Origin: Candidatus Nanohaloarchaea archaeon
Lineage (GTDB): Archaea > Nanohalarchaeota > Nanosalinia > Nanosalinales > Nanosalinaceae
DNA length: 64,000 bases
Reading direction: 5' to 3'
Assembly (NCBI GenBank): GCA_013343275.1
Contig: CP046106.1
Location: 851,887 to 915,886 of the forward strand
The notes beneath the pieces were generated by a model. It was not told the origin of the DNA. It did no database searches and worked only from the letters and a program-made list of their open reading frames with translations. Each line of letters opens with the position of its first letter. Positions within the stretch are counted from its first letter, which is position 1. The position numbers and the translations under genes are program-made. This document shows positions 9,515-19,299 of this stretch, one piece after another.

Positions 9515-9898
9515 CTATGGATCGCTGTTATCTTCTTCAAAATTCAGGGCCTTTGAATTGATACAGTATCTTTTGCCGGTAGGCTGCGGGCCGTCGTCGA
9601 ATACATGGCCTAGGTGAGATCCACATTGTGAGCATAGTACTTCCACTCTGTTCATACCATGGCTCTGGTCTTCCTGAAGCTCAATGTTCTCCATCACAGC
9701 ATCTTTGAAACTAGGCCACTTGTTGGAGCTAAACTTGTCCTCTGACTGGAAAAGTTTCTGTCCACAGGCCTTGCATCGGTAGATTCCTTCTTCGTCGTAA
9801 TCGATATACTCTCCGGTTCCAGGAGCTTCTGTACCTGACTCTCTAAGTATACGGTATTCCTCCTCAGATAGTTTCTCTTTCAGTTCTTCCTCATCCAT
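9515..9898 (-). CDS. msrB: peptide methionine sulfoxide reductase MsrB
   Basis: CKACG, WPSF, RVEVLCSQCGSHLGHVFDDGP, RYCINS. Confidence 0.96.
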   Translation of the reverse strand: MDEEELKEKLSEEEYRILRESGTEAPGTGEYIDYDEEGIYRCKACGQKLFQSEDKFSSNKWPSFKDAVMENIELQEDQSHGMNRVEVLCSQCGSHLGHVFDDGPQPTGKRYCINSKALNFEEDNSDP

Positions 9899-9937
9899 GA
9901 AACATGATTTATGGCTTGTCCGGCAAATATCTTTTCC

Positions 9938-10276
9938 ATGGAGATCGATACAGGGGAGAAAGTTATCGAGGCAGAAGTAGCCAACACAGTTTTGAAAAGG
10001 GCGAAAGGCCTCGCTCTCAAAGATTCAGGCAAGATGCTTTTCCAGTTTAACAGAGACACTAATGCCAGTATAGATATGATGCTCCTCTCGGAACCTCTAT
10101 ACCTGTACTTCATGAACTCAGATAAAGAAGTGATCGATGTCCAGAAAGCTGAGCCATGGACCACAAACCCGAAGACCTGGAAGCTCTACTCTCCGGACAG
10201 ACTTTACAGATATCTCCTGGAAAGCTTCGAGAAGCTGGAGATCGAGGAAGGCCAGCAGCTGGAATTTGACTTATAA
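9938..10276 (+). CDS. DUF192 family protein
   Basis: IEAEVANTVLKRAKGL...MLFQF...YLLE pattern. Confidence 0.75.
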   Translation: MEIDTGEKVIEAEVANTVLKRAKGLALKDSGKMLFQFNRDTNASIDMMLLSEPLYLYFMNSDKEVIDVQKAEPWTTNPKTWKLYSPDRLYRYLLESFEKLEIEEGQQLEFDL

Positions 10277-10299
10277 GATTTCCAGATGAAATAAAGGTT

Positions 10300-10980
10300 A
10301 TGGAACTTTCAAAATTCTGCCCAAGATGCGGCGAAGAAACAGACGCCCTTTATGGCGAAGGAAAGAAGCTGTGCGCTGACTGCTACACAGACAAGAATGA
10401 TCTGCTGGATATACCTGATAAGGTAGAGATAGATGTCTGTACGGTCTGCGGACGAATGAAACATCACGGCGAATGGATCGAGGCCTACTCTGTGCAGGAT
10501 CAGCTTGCAGAGAAGTTCTCGGATTTCGCTGAGGAGGATGTCGAGATGCAGCTGCAGTTCTGGGAGGAGGAAGACCAGATGTACGTCAGAGTACATGCCA
10601 GTAAAGGCCCGATGGAGGACTCCTACGATACGCAGGTAGTTTTCAAGAACCAGCAGTGCAGAGACTGCTCCAAGTTCCAGGGAGGTTTCTACAAGGCCAA
10701 GATCCAGCTTCGTGGAGATACCGACCTCGAACCTGTATCAAACGATATCGTCGATAAAGCTGCTGAACTGACGAACGAAACACGTAAGGATTTCCTGGCT
10801 AACGTAGAGGAGAACGATCACGGTTTCGACTTCTTCCTTTCTACAGAGCCTATGAACAAGAAAATTCTCGGCATGCTGAGAGATGAGTACGATCCCGAGA
10901 TCAAGAGAAGCTACGAGCTCGTTGGCGAAGAGAACGGCGAGAAGGTTTACCGGAATGTCGTATCAGTAAGACTAGATTAG
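10300..10980 (+). CDS. NMD3 family ribosome biogenesis protein
   Basis: FCPRCG...LCADCY...CTVCG...CRDCSK..GFYKAKIQLR. Confidence 0.88.
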   Translation: MELSKFCPRCGEETDALYGEGKKLCADCYTDKNDLLDIPDKVEIDVCTVCGRMKHHGEWIEAYSVQDQLAEKFSDFAEEDVEMQLQFWEEEDQMYVRVHASKGPMEDSYDTQVVFKNQQCRDCSKFQGGFYKAKIQLRGDTDLEPVSNDIVDKAAELTNETRKDFLANVEENDHGFDFFLSTEPMNKKILGMLRDEYDPEIKRSYELVGEENGEKVYRNVVSVRLD

Positions 10981-11016
10981 AAAGACTATTAAAGCGAAAT
11001 TGTACAGTTTGTTAAC

Positions 11017-11922
11017 ATGAGATCGAGACCTGTATTAGGTCTGTTAGTTCTAACAGTGATTGTTTCTGGCTGTGTAGGCCAGAGTCAAAATGTAGATAAA
11101 CCGGCTTCGGACAGTGTTGATCTTTCGGAGTATAAGTCTAAGCTGACAGGTTCTTCTTTTCAGGTGACTTATGAGAATTCTCGAATGATAAGGAAGACGA
11201 TAAGTGTTAGTCAAGGAAGGATAATGTTGATTAATTCTACGAGCATGACTTCTACTGTAAATAGTTATAATACTATCTATAGACCTCCCAAAGATAAGGA
11301 TTCTGGAGCAGAATACCTTTGGTGCCTAGAGAAGGGCATGAATTGCCGTTATTACAGCGAAGGATTTGAGACGACGACACCGATATTCATAGAAGATATT
11401 ACAGATATTGAAGTAAGCAAAATCGGTTCTAAAAGCGTCAATGGTAGAGGATGTACTCGTTACAGATTTACATCAGTGAAGCCTGGAATCTTCGGCAAAG
11501 GGTTGAAAAACAAACTCGGGAGATACGGAAAAATTAACGCCACAGCATGTCTGGATGAACAGGAAGGATTTATTGTGTCGCTAACAGGAACGGCAGAGAC
11601 GAAGTATGGTAAAACAGAGTACAGTTACAAGGCCGTAGGGTTCCAGAACGAGGTAATTGAAGCTCAACCTCCAGCAGCTGCAGTCAACCTAAACTGTGAG
11701 CAAAAAACCGGAGAAGTAGCCGTCTTCACAGACCCCACAGAAGTCAAAATAAAGCTGAAAGCATCCAATGGGGGCACTGCCAGCACCACTACTGTAGAAC
11801 TAAGTCAGAACTGGGAAAACAGGCAAATTTCAGGGCTGAACTTCCCTGAATCAAGTTTTATGGTGTTTCCCTACATCAGCGGTGAAAAAATCAAGGAAGG
11901 TGCCTCAGCATGCCTTTCATAG
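11017..11922 (+). CDS. putative lipoprotein
   Basis: Signal with lipobox IVSGC; basic and Cys-containing. Confidence 0.7.
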   Translation: MRSRPVLGLLVLTVIVSGCVGQSQNVDKPASDSVDLSEYKSKLTGSSFQVTYENSRMIRKTISVSQGRIMLINSTSMTSTVNSYNTIYRPPKDKDSGAEYLWCLEKGMNCRYYSEGFETTTPIFIEDITDIEVSKIGSKSVNGRGCTRYRFTSVKPGIFGKGLKNKLGRYGKINATACLDEQEGFIVSLTGTAETKYGKTEYSYKAVGFQNEVIEAQPPAAAVNLNCEQKTGEVAVFTDPTEVKIKLKASNGGTASTTTVELSQNWENRQISGLNFPESSFMVFPYISGEKIKEGASACLS

Positions 11923-12044
11923 ACGAAAGGTCTTCAAAACCAGAGATATGAATAGCAGAACTGTCAAGAGAGTATTACTGTCCCATAACTGTACATCGAT
12001 AAAAATATTCAGAAAAACTGCAGTTACATAATCTTTAATTATGA

Positions 12045-12233
12045 GTGGACCATAGTAAACCTATGTACTCTCATAAAGAAAGACTGTTAATGGCCAGTCT
12101 GGGAGCAGTCCTAATTCTAAGTTATTATGCCTCTAAAGCAGTTCTCGGCGAGAGCCTAATTTTGAAGATATTCTTCGGAACGCTGCTACTAATAACATCA
12201 GCAATATCAAGCAAGAAGCAGCTAGGCCTATAA
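12045..12233 (+). CDS. small 2-TM membrane protein
   Basis: Two hydrophobic segments; start uncertain. Confidence 0.5.
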   Translation: MDHSKPMYSHKERLLMASLGAVLILSYYASKAVLGESLILKIFFGTLLLITSAISSKKQLGL

Positions 12234-12334
12234 ACCATTTTAAGTACGGGAAAGAGAGTAAAAACTTCTGAATGCTGTATTTTCCTATATAGATTATAGT
12301 ATCTCTCCCTTTATTCTCAGAACCTGATTCTGCA

Positions 12335-12445
12335 TAAATCCGGGACAAGTCAGAGCTAGCACAGTTATGAATACCTCTAGGGCGTTATTACCTGACTACA
12401 TATACCGCTGTCTCGGCTATGCTGAGAACTCGTCCAGAATTTCAT
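12335..12445 (-). ncRNA. candidate structured non-coding RNA (family unknown)
   Basis: Minus strand folds AAAUUC-U-GGACGAGU/ACUUGUCC-C-GGAUUU and AGCAUAG/CUGUGCU with G-U pairs favouring this strand; TATA-like TTTTAA upstream; no credible ORF. Confidence 0.45.
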
Positions 12446-12493
12446 TCAGGAAGCCAAATCAGAGTTAAAAATGTTCCCGCAGAAAGTTTTTCT

Positions 12494-12808
12494 ATGAGCA
12501 ATCAAGACGAAGAGGAGCAAGTAAAAAGAGTACGCAGGCCGGAAGGCGATGAAGTGCTCGGAATTGTACTAAGAAAAGAAGGAGGCGGAAAATACCGCGT
12601 ATACTGTACAGATGGCGAAGAAAGAATCTGCCGAATCCCTGGATCGAAGAAGAGAGGCCTATGGGTGAAAAGAGACTCTGTAGTACTAGTTGATCCATGG
12701 GATATCCAGGGCGACGAAAAAGGAGACATCGTAAACAGCTACTCCAACGCAGAGACACGATGGCTTGAAGACCACGACTTCCTAGACGAGATAGAGGAAT
12801 TTCTCTAA
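12494..12808 (+). CDS. eif1a: translation initiation factor aIF-1A
   Basis: RVYCTDGEERICRIPG...LWVKRDSVVLVDPWD...KGDIV. Confidence 0.95.
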   Translation: MSNQDEEEQVKRVRRPEGDEVLGIVLRKEGGGKYRVYCTDGEERICRIPGSKKRGLWVKRDSVVLVDPWDIQGDEKGDIVNSYSNAETRWLEDHDFLDEIEEFL

Positions 12809-12833
12809 CCATTTTCCCACCAACTAATTTCTT

Positions 12834-13607
12834 ATGAAAGACGAAAATATAGACTTCCGCGAACGCTGGAAAGAAAGAAGCCGCCAGATGTTTGACAGCT
12901 CAGAAGGAAAAAAGGCCTTCGAAAACGTATTCGACAACGAAACCAAGAAAGCTTTGCTTAAACTGGGCGATAGAAAAGTTCTCGACCGACTGTACGGCAC
13001 GATAGAATCCGGAAAGGAATCAGCAGTTTTCCTGGCAGATACATCCGAAGGAGAAAGAGTAATAGTCAAGATATACATGACACAGGCCGGTTCCTTCCGG
13101 GAAATGGAGAAATATCTCCGGGGAGATCAGAGGTTCAGGAACTTCAAATCCGACAGGAGATCAGTAATCAATGAATGGTGTAAGAAAGAGTTCAAGAACC
13201 TGAAAAAAGCCGCTAACGTAGTTAGATGTCCGGAGCCGAAGGCCTTCCAGAAAAACATACTTGTAATGGAGTTTATAGGCGAAGAGTTCTCCCCCTACCC
13301 TAAACTGAAGGATGTGGAAATTGAGAACCCTGAAGAGGCCTTTCAGAAGATAAAAAGAAACATTAAGGAGCTCTGGCAGGAAGAAAAAATGGTTCACGGC
13401 GACCTGTCCGAGTACAATATCCTGATGACTGAAGAGCAGGAGGTATGGATTGATTTCTCACAGGGAGTCCACAAATCCCATCCAGAGGCCGTAGAACTGC
13501 TTAAAAGAGATGTCAAGAATATGGCCTCTTTCTTCAACAGGCAGGGTGCCGACATCGATGAACAGGAAGCGGTACAACAGGTTTTAGACGCTCTAGAGGA
13601 CCTGTAA
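12834..13607 (+). CDS. rio1: RIO1 serine/threonine kinase
   Basis: SGKESAVF, VKIY, HGDLSEYNIL, IDFSQ. Confidence 0.95.
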   Translation: MKDENIDFRERWKERSRQMFDSSEGKKAFENVFDNETKKALLKLGDRKVLDRLYGTIESGKESAVFLADTSEGERVIVKIYMTQAGSFREMEKYLRGDQRFRNFKSDRRSVINEWCKKEFKNLKKAANVVRCPEPKAFQKNILVMEFIGEEFSPYPKLKDVEIENPEEAFQKIKRNIKELWQEEKMVHGDLSEYNILMTEEQEVWIDFSQGVHKSHPEAVELLKRDVKNMASFFNRQGADIDEQEAVQQVLDALEDL

Positions 13608-13660
13608 AACAGTTTTAAGGTATAAAAAGCTTGTCAGGCCCATAATATATAGAAAGTATA

Positions 13661-14164
13661 ATGAAGGAAGTGATGGTGCCTGAGGATAGAATTGGGGCTG
13701 TAATAGGTTCTGACGGTGAGACCAAGGAAGAGCTTGAAGATCTCACTGACTGCGACGTTACTATAGAGGACAACCAGGTAGCGATCGACGGAGAACCTCT
13801 GGAAGAAATGGATGCCCAGAAAATAGTGAAGGCAATTGGCAGAGGTTTCAACCCTGAAAAGGCCTTCAAGCTTGTCGAAAGAGATGTAACACTACATTTA
13901 ATGGATATCGGCCGCTATGCAAATACGAAGAACGCTGAAGAACGATTGAAAGGCCGTGTAATCGGTAGAGAGGGTGAGGCCCGTAAACACATCGAGAAGA
14001 TGGCACAGGTAGATATCTCTGTTTATGGAACTACTATCGGAATAATTGGGAAGGCCCAGAATATTGAGGTCGCAATGGAAGCTATCAACATGCTCTTGAA
14101 CGGTAGCTCTCACTCAACAGCATATAATTACCTGGAGAAAAATCAGGATAAGATAAAAAGGTAG
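13661..14164 (+). CDS. KH-domain rRNA processing protein (Dim2/Pno1)
   Basis: RIGAVIG, KAIGRGF, KGRVIGREG, HSTAYNYLE. Confidence 0.92.
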   Translation: MKEVMVPEDRIGAVIGSDGETKEELEDLTDCDVTIEDNQVAIDGEPLEEMDAQKIVKAIGRGFNPEKAFKLVERDVTLHLMDIGRYANTKNAEERLKGRVIGREGEARKHIEKMAQVDISVYGTTIGIIGKAQNIEVAMEAINMLLNGSSHSTAYNYLEKNQDKIKR

Positions 14165-14183
14165 ATTTGAAAAACGTGATATT

Positions 14184-15776
14184 ATGGCAAACGGAGTAGA
14201 AGAAGGCATGGAAGCAGAAGGCGGAGACCATAGAGAGATTTCCGTCGCTGAATTCTTTGAGAAAAACAAACACCTTCTAGGTTTCGAAAACGCGCAGAAA
14301 TCCATTATAACGGTAGTTAAAGAAGCTGTGGACAACTCGCTGGACGCATGTGAGGAAGATGAGATTCTTCCGGAAGTACACGTCCTTATAGATGAATATG
14401 CTGACGACAAATGCAGGATAGAGATCAGAGACAACGCTATAGGACTGGATAGAGAGACAATTCCAAAAGTTTTCGGTAAGCTTCTCTACGGTTCCAAGTT
14501 CCACAAGCTCCAGCAGAGCCGTGGACAGCAGGGAATAGGAATTTCTGCGTCCGCAATGTACGCACAGTTGACAACAGGAGAGCCTGTTACAGTCTACTCC
14601 AAGCAGGAAGGCGAGCCATGCCACAGATTCGTTGTAAGAATTGATACAGAGGAGAACGAGCCAGAAATTATAGAAGACGAAGTAGTAGATCCAGAGAGTG
14701 ATGAATTCCCTGGCGACAAAGACTACTACTTCGATCACGGAACCAGCATCGAAATGAACGTAGAGGCCAAGTACACAAGAGGCCACCACTCAGTATACAA
14801 CTACCTCAAGCACACGGCAATCATGAACCCGTACGCAAGGATTGTTCTACGGGAGCCTGATGGAAACAAGGTAGAGTTCCCGAGAGTTTCGAAGGATCTA
14901 CCTGAGAAGCCGAAGGAAATCAAGCCCCACCTGCACGGTGTAGAACTGGGCGTAGTTCTCAGAATGATTGACAACAGCGATGCAAGAACAGTAAGCAGCT
15001 TCCTGCAGAACGAGTTCACAAGAGTAGGAAGAACCTCCGCACAGGAAGTATGCGACGAAGCAGGAATCGACGACGGCAGAAGACCAAATACATTAGACAA
15101 AGACGAAGTAGAGGATCTGCTAGACGCAGCAGAGAGGGTAAACCTTCAGAGCCCGCCGACAGACTGCCTATCGCCTATCGGAGAGGAACTGATGGAGAAA
15201 GGCCTGACAAAAGAACTCAACCCGGAGTTTACAGAAACAATTACTCGAAAACCAACAGTATACAAAGGAAATCCTTTCCAGGTAGAAGTAGGCCTTGCAT
15301 GGGGAGGAGACATCGAAGACGAAGGAAGCTTCGAAGAACTAAGATACGCAAACAAAGTACCGCTACTATACAAAAAGAGTGCATGCGTAACGACAAAGGC
15401 TATTGAGAACGTTTCCTGGAACCGTTACAATATCAGCCAGACAGGAAACAGGCCTCAAGGCCCACTGTACATCTCCATCCACATAGCCTCCGTATGGGTA
15501 CCTTTCACATCTGAAGGAAAGGAAGCCGTAGCCAACTATGACCCTATCCGGAAAGAGATGAAGCTGGCCCTGCAGGAAGCAGGAAGAAAGCTTGGAAAGT
15601 ACCTCAAAAGGAAGGAAAGGAAGGAGATTCAGGAAAAGAAGAAGAGGCAGCTTACAAGCTACGCTCAGGAAATGGGGCCTGCAATCGCCCAGCTTGCCGG
15701 TGAAGGAGATCCAGAAGAAATCGAAGAAGAAATACAGGCCATGGTGCAAAGGGATTACAACCCTGAGCAGCTTTAG
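14184..15776 (+). CDS. top6B: DNA topoisomerase VI subunit B
   Basis: EISVAEFFEKN, VKEAVDNSLDA, SRGQQGIGIS GHKL motifs. Confidence 0.97.
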   Translation: MANGVEEGMEAEGGDHREISVAEFFEKNKHLLGFENAQKSIITVVKEAVDNSLDACEEDEILPEVHVLIDEYADDKCRIEIRDNAIGLDRETIPKVFGKLLYGSKFHKLQQSRGQQGIGISASAMYAQLTTGEPVTVYSKQEGEPCHRFVVRIDTEENEPEIIEDEVVDPESDEFPGDKDYYFDHGTSIEMNVEAKYTRGHHSVYNYLKHTAIMNPYARIVLREPDGNKVEFPRVSKDLPEKPKEIKPHLHGVELGVVLRMIDNSDARTVSSFLQNEFTRVGRTSAQEVCDEAGIDDGRRPNTLDKDEVEDLLDAAERVNLQSPPTDCLSPIGEELMEKGLTKELNPEFTETITRKPTVYKGNPFQVEVGLAWGGDIEDEGSFEELRYANKVPLLYKKSACVTTKAIENVSWNRYNISQTGNRPQGPLYISIHIASVWVPFTSEGKEAVANYDPIRKEMKLALQEAGRKLGKYLKRKERKEIQEKKKRQLTSYAQEMGPAIAQLAGEGDPEEIEEEIQAMVQRDYNPEQL

Positions 15777-15836
15777 GTGATCAAGAATGAAAATCAAAGA
15801 TTTTCCAGTTTACTTACACACAGAAGGTGAGAAGTA

Positions 15837-16967
15837 ATGCCAAAGAAAGATCTAGCAAATGATGAACGCACCCTAGATAAGTTGACACGTCTAGGGCAGA
15901 AACTTAGAAACCAGCTTAAAGACCCTGAGAACGATAACTTGACGATTGATACAAAGGTAAGATCCCGTTCCAACGTTGAATACGACGAAGAAGAAGGAAG
16001 GCTTTCGCTTGGAGACAGTTACTCCACAAGAAAGTTCCTGAACATCAGCCACGCCAGAAAGTTCATGCAGACAACTCTCGTAGCGAACAAGGCAAAGGAA
16101 CTGGTCGAGCAGGGAAGAACAGCATCGATCAGAGAGGTCTACTACCAGCTGAAGCACAGCGTACCCGGCCTTGACGAAAACACGTTCGAAGACCAGGACG
16201 AATCCAACAACGTAGTAGTCGATATCGAGACAGCAACAGGCGCAATCAGAGAGGATCTACACCTGTTCGCAGAACCAAAAGGACGTCTCTTCGGACCGAT
16301 CAAGATCAACGACTCCGGAGACATAATCGACGGTATGAGCATGGGATCAGCAGGAATGGCAATCCCATCGATCGTCGACCACCTCGAGTTCGAAGAACAC
16401 TCCGCAGACTTCATCCTCGTAGTCGAGACATCTGCGATGGTTAACAGACTGGTCGAAGAAGACTTCCACGACGAACACAACGCAATCCTGATCGGAACAG
16501 GAGGACAGCCAGCACGTGGAGCAAGAAGACTCATCAACATGATGCACAACGAACTGGATCTACCCGTCTACGTATTCACAGACGGCGACCCATGGGGATA
16601 CTACATCTACTCAGTCCTCAAATCCGGCTCCATGAGCCTCGCCTTCCAGTCCGACAGACTAGCAACACCGGACGCCAAGCTTATCGGTATGACAATGGAA
16701 GATATCGAGGAATACGGCCTCGAACACGTAACAGAAGACCTGAAAGGAAAGCCGAAAGACAGTGGAGGCCCAACCAAGGACTTCAAGAGAATCCACGACG
16801 TCATGGACTACGAATGGATGCAGACCGACGACTGGCAGAAACAGTTCCAGAAAATGCTCGACAAAGGCGTCAGAGTAGAACAACAGGCCCTAGCATCACA
16901 GAGCCTGGAGTTCGTGGCCAACGAGTATCTGCCGAAGAAGATCGAGAACAAAGAGTTCCTGGATTAG
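15837..16967 (+). CDS. top6A: DNA topoisomerase VI subunit A
   Basis: SIREVYY, ILVVE, FTDGDPWG TOPRIM motifs. Confidence 0.97.
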   Translation: MPKKDLANDERTLDKLTRLGQKLRNQLKDPENDNLTIDTKVRSRSNVEYDEEEGRLSLGDSYSTRKFLNISHARKFMQTTLVANKAKELVEQGRTASIREVYYQLKHSVPGLDENTFEDQDESNNVVVDIETATGAIREDLHLFAEPKGRLFGPIKINDSGDIIDGMSMGSAGMAIPSIVDHLEFEEHSADFILVVETSAMVNRLVEEDFHDEHNAILIGTGGQPARGARRLINMMHNELDLPVYVFTDGDPWGYYIYSVLKSGSMSLAFQSDRLATPDAKLIGMTMEDIEEYGLEHVTEDLKGKPKDSGGPTKDFKRIHDVMDYEWMQTDDWQKQFQKMLDKGVRVEQQALASQSLEFVANEYLPKKIENKEFLD

Positions 16968-17030
16968 ACCTGGTATAGGTAAAAATTGTAAAGGCCTTTT
17001 ATAGGGCCTTTAGCTTTTACTTCTCTTTTT

Positions 17031-17570
17031 CTACTTGATTTTAACGCGGTGACGCTTGTATGCGTCGTTAAGTCCATCTGCAGCTTCCTGTAGTGTCGCA
17101 TCACGGCTGCCCTGAAGTCTGGAGTTGATCATTGCAAAACTTCCTCCTACAGCAAGGCCTGGGAGAGCAATCTCAGCATCTCCTGTTGCTGCACCTACAG
17201 CGGCACCGGCAAGGCCTCCAGCAGTACCTATATCAGATACCTTGGCCTTGAGATCCTGCTTATTGTACTTATCTGTAGCTCTTTCATGATTCATACCATC
17301 TACATCGTCTTCAGCCTGTTCAAATGCATCGTCGTAACGACCTTCTAGAGCCGCCGCAACTGTATACTCCAGAGCATCCCGACCTTTCTCCAGAATGCTT
17401 CCCTCCATAATTTCATCCGCATCATCTCTATCTACCTCAATATCGATACCATTCACCTGGCCATGCTCAAGCAGATCAGTCATGGCCTCGTAGTCGTTAT
17501 TTCTGTACATATCACGGACACGAACAGTTTGACCATTGTCCACATCCTCAAGATAATCTTCAAGTCTCAT
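17031..17570 (-). CDS. hypothetical acidic protein with glycine-zipper helices
   Basis: GTAGGLAGAAVGAATG glycine zipper. Confidence 0.7.
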   Translation of the reverse strand: MRLEDYLEDVDNGQTVRVRDMYRNNDYEAMTDLLEHGQVNGIDIEVDRDDADEIMEGSILEKGRDALEYTVAAALEGRYDDAFEQAEDDVDGMNHERATDKYNKQDLKAKVSDIGTAGGLAGAAVGAATGDAEIALPGLAVGGSFAMINSRLQGSRDATLQEAADGLNDAYKRHRVKIK

Positions 17571-17718
17571 GTTGTTACTGTATAGTTGTAAACTTTTAAC
17601 TGTTGTGGTCTTTTATGGCGTTGGTGGCTGGTAGAGACAGAGAGTTTAGGATCGAAAGAATAGATACCTACCGTTTAAAAGATTCTCGTTCTATCACTAC
17701 AGTACAGACCTGTACAAG

Positions 17719-17806
17719 GCCCAGGTAGCTCAGCAGGTAGAGCGCCACGCTGTTAAACTTTAATACAGATACGTGGTGGTCGCAGGTTCGAGCCCTGCCC
17801 TGGGCG
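17719..17806 (+). tRNA. tRNA-Asn(GTT) with 15-nt intron (17756-17770)
   Basis: CCACG-CTGTTA|aactttaatacagat|A-CGTGG; CTGT/ACAG central helix forms a BHB at 37/38. Confidence 0.9.
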
Positions 17807-17868
17807 CTGATCTTTCTACCTCTTTACTGGCATCTTGTGTTATAAATGAGCGATGATAATTACTTGTT

Positions 17869-18222
17869 ATGACTGTTTCTAGTATTTCTGCAGGCCTTAT
17901 TGTTCGATCTAAAAAACTGCTTGTTTTCTATAATGAGGAAGAAGATGCATGGGATGTTCCTACCGTGAAGCCGGAGAAGGGAGAGCTTTCTGCGGACGCT
18001 GCTAAGAGAGTATCCGAAAGCTTCTCTGGGGTTAATTGCAGTATCAAGAAGTACCGTAAAAAGCTGAAGACGCAGGTTTCTGGTGAAAACTGGAATCCTT
18101 ACGTCCTTGAAGTAGATGGAGAACCTGAGAGAGGAGAATGGGTTACAAAAAATGAGCTTAAGGACAGAGATCTAGTACCTCACATTGAAGAGATGAAGGA
18201 GAAATTCGCAAAAAAGATATAG
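17869..18222 (+). CDS. NUDIX-like protein (degenerate motif)
   Basis: SAGLIV..KLLV..WDVPTVKPEKGELSADAAKR. Confidence 0.6.
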   Translation: MTVSSISAGLIVRSKKLLVFYNEEEDAWDVPTVKPEKGELSADAAKRVSESFSGVNCSIKKYRKKLKTQVSGENWNPYVLEVDGEPERGEWVTKNELKDRDLVPHIEEMKEKFAKKI

Positions 18223-18251
18223 TGTTACTTGCCTTTTGAACTTCTCCTTCT

Positions 18252-19274
18252 TTATTCAGGTTCGTACTTCTTGAAGGCCTCAGCGACCAATAAAGGAAAT
18301 ACCAGTGTTGCTTCTGCTTCTACCTGTGCATAGTTTTTCTTTTCGTCATCTTTGATCTTTCCCCATGAGACTGCTTCCTTTGGAGGCGCTCCTGAAAGCG
18401 AGCCATCACCTTCCATTCCGGTTGAGATGTATACTGCCCGGTCGGTTCCGCCTCTGAAGAGGTTGGACATGATGGCCTGGTGTTTTGGCACGCCATCCCC
18501 TACTGCAATGATGCCTGTCTTCTCGGCCTCGATAGCTTCATTGATCAGTGAGTCCCAGTCATCCAGTATTTCGATACCTATATCTTCGTCCTGCTCCTGT
18601 CTGTAGTAGAACATGAAGTCTCCGATCTCTGCATCGATCATTGCAGGGCAGTAAACAGGAATATTGTTAGCTGCAGAATGGTATATGAAGGAATCCGACT
18701 CATCGAGATCGTTATCTTCTCCAACAGCTTCTCCAAGGGCCTCTGCCAGTTCTGAAGGAGTCCTGATTTTCTTGTCGGAGAAGAAGTCCTGGAAGAATCC
18801 GTCGTTCAGCCATGACTCGAGCCAGACATAGTTATCCGACTCTACATAGATATTGCCCAGGCGGTTGATGCCTTCTTCTCGAAGCTTTGCTTCGTCTGCG
18901 TCCCACTCTCCCATCTTGAACTCTCTGGCTGACTTGATAACGTCCTCTGTATGGGAACCTGCCGAAGTAATCATCACATCAACGTGATCTTCTCTGGCAA
19001 GGTAAGCAACAACCTCTCTGAGGCCTGAAGAAATAATATTCGACGTGAAGGTCAGGAAGATCTTCGCATCTTCATCCCTCATCTCCTTTACCAGGTCTAT
19101 AGCTTCATTCAGGTGTGAGGCCTGAAAACCTGTAGTAGCGTATTTCTCGATCATTTCCTCGAGATCAAAGTCGCCTCTGAAATCGTATCCTTCAACTTTC
19201 TCGCCTTTGTGGCCTTCCGTGGTTCCAGGAATTACATGTTCCCGGGTATCGGAACTGTCTTTTTCATCTGTCAT
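18252..19274 (-). CDS. dys: deoxyhypusine synthase
   Basis: TGFQAS, FTSNIISSGLRE, GVPKH, DGSLSGA, EAVSWGK; likely start MTDEK at 19274. Confidence 0.95.
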   Translation of the reverse strand: MTDEKDSSDTREHVIPGTTEGHKGEKVEGYDFRGDFDLEEMIEKYATTGFQASHLNEAIDLVKEMRDEDAKIFLTFTSNIISSGLREVVAYLAREDHVDVMITSAGSHTEDVIKSAREFKMGEWDADEAKLREEGINRLGNIYVESDNYVWLESWLNDGFFQDFFSDKKIRTPSELAEALGEAVGEDNDLDESDSFIYHSAANNIPVYCPAMIDAEIGDFMFYYRQEQDEDIGIEILDDWDSLINEAIEAEKTGIIAVGDGVPKHQAIMSNLFRGGTDRAVYISTGMEGDGSLSGAPPKEAVSWGKIKDDEKKNYAQVEAEATLVFPLLVAEAFKKYEPE

Positions 19275-19299
19275 ATACAGAACTTGTGAGCATAAAATT

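Noticed and set aside
12335-12445. 5S rRNA, SRP RNA, TPP riboswitch or H/ACA assignment
   Set aside because: Diagnostic motifs (CCGAAC, CAGG-GNRA-AGCA, CUGAGA core, ACA box) are absent or misplaced on this strand
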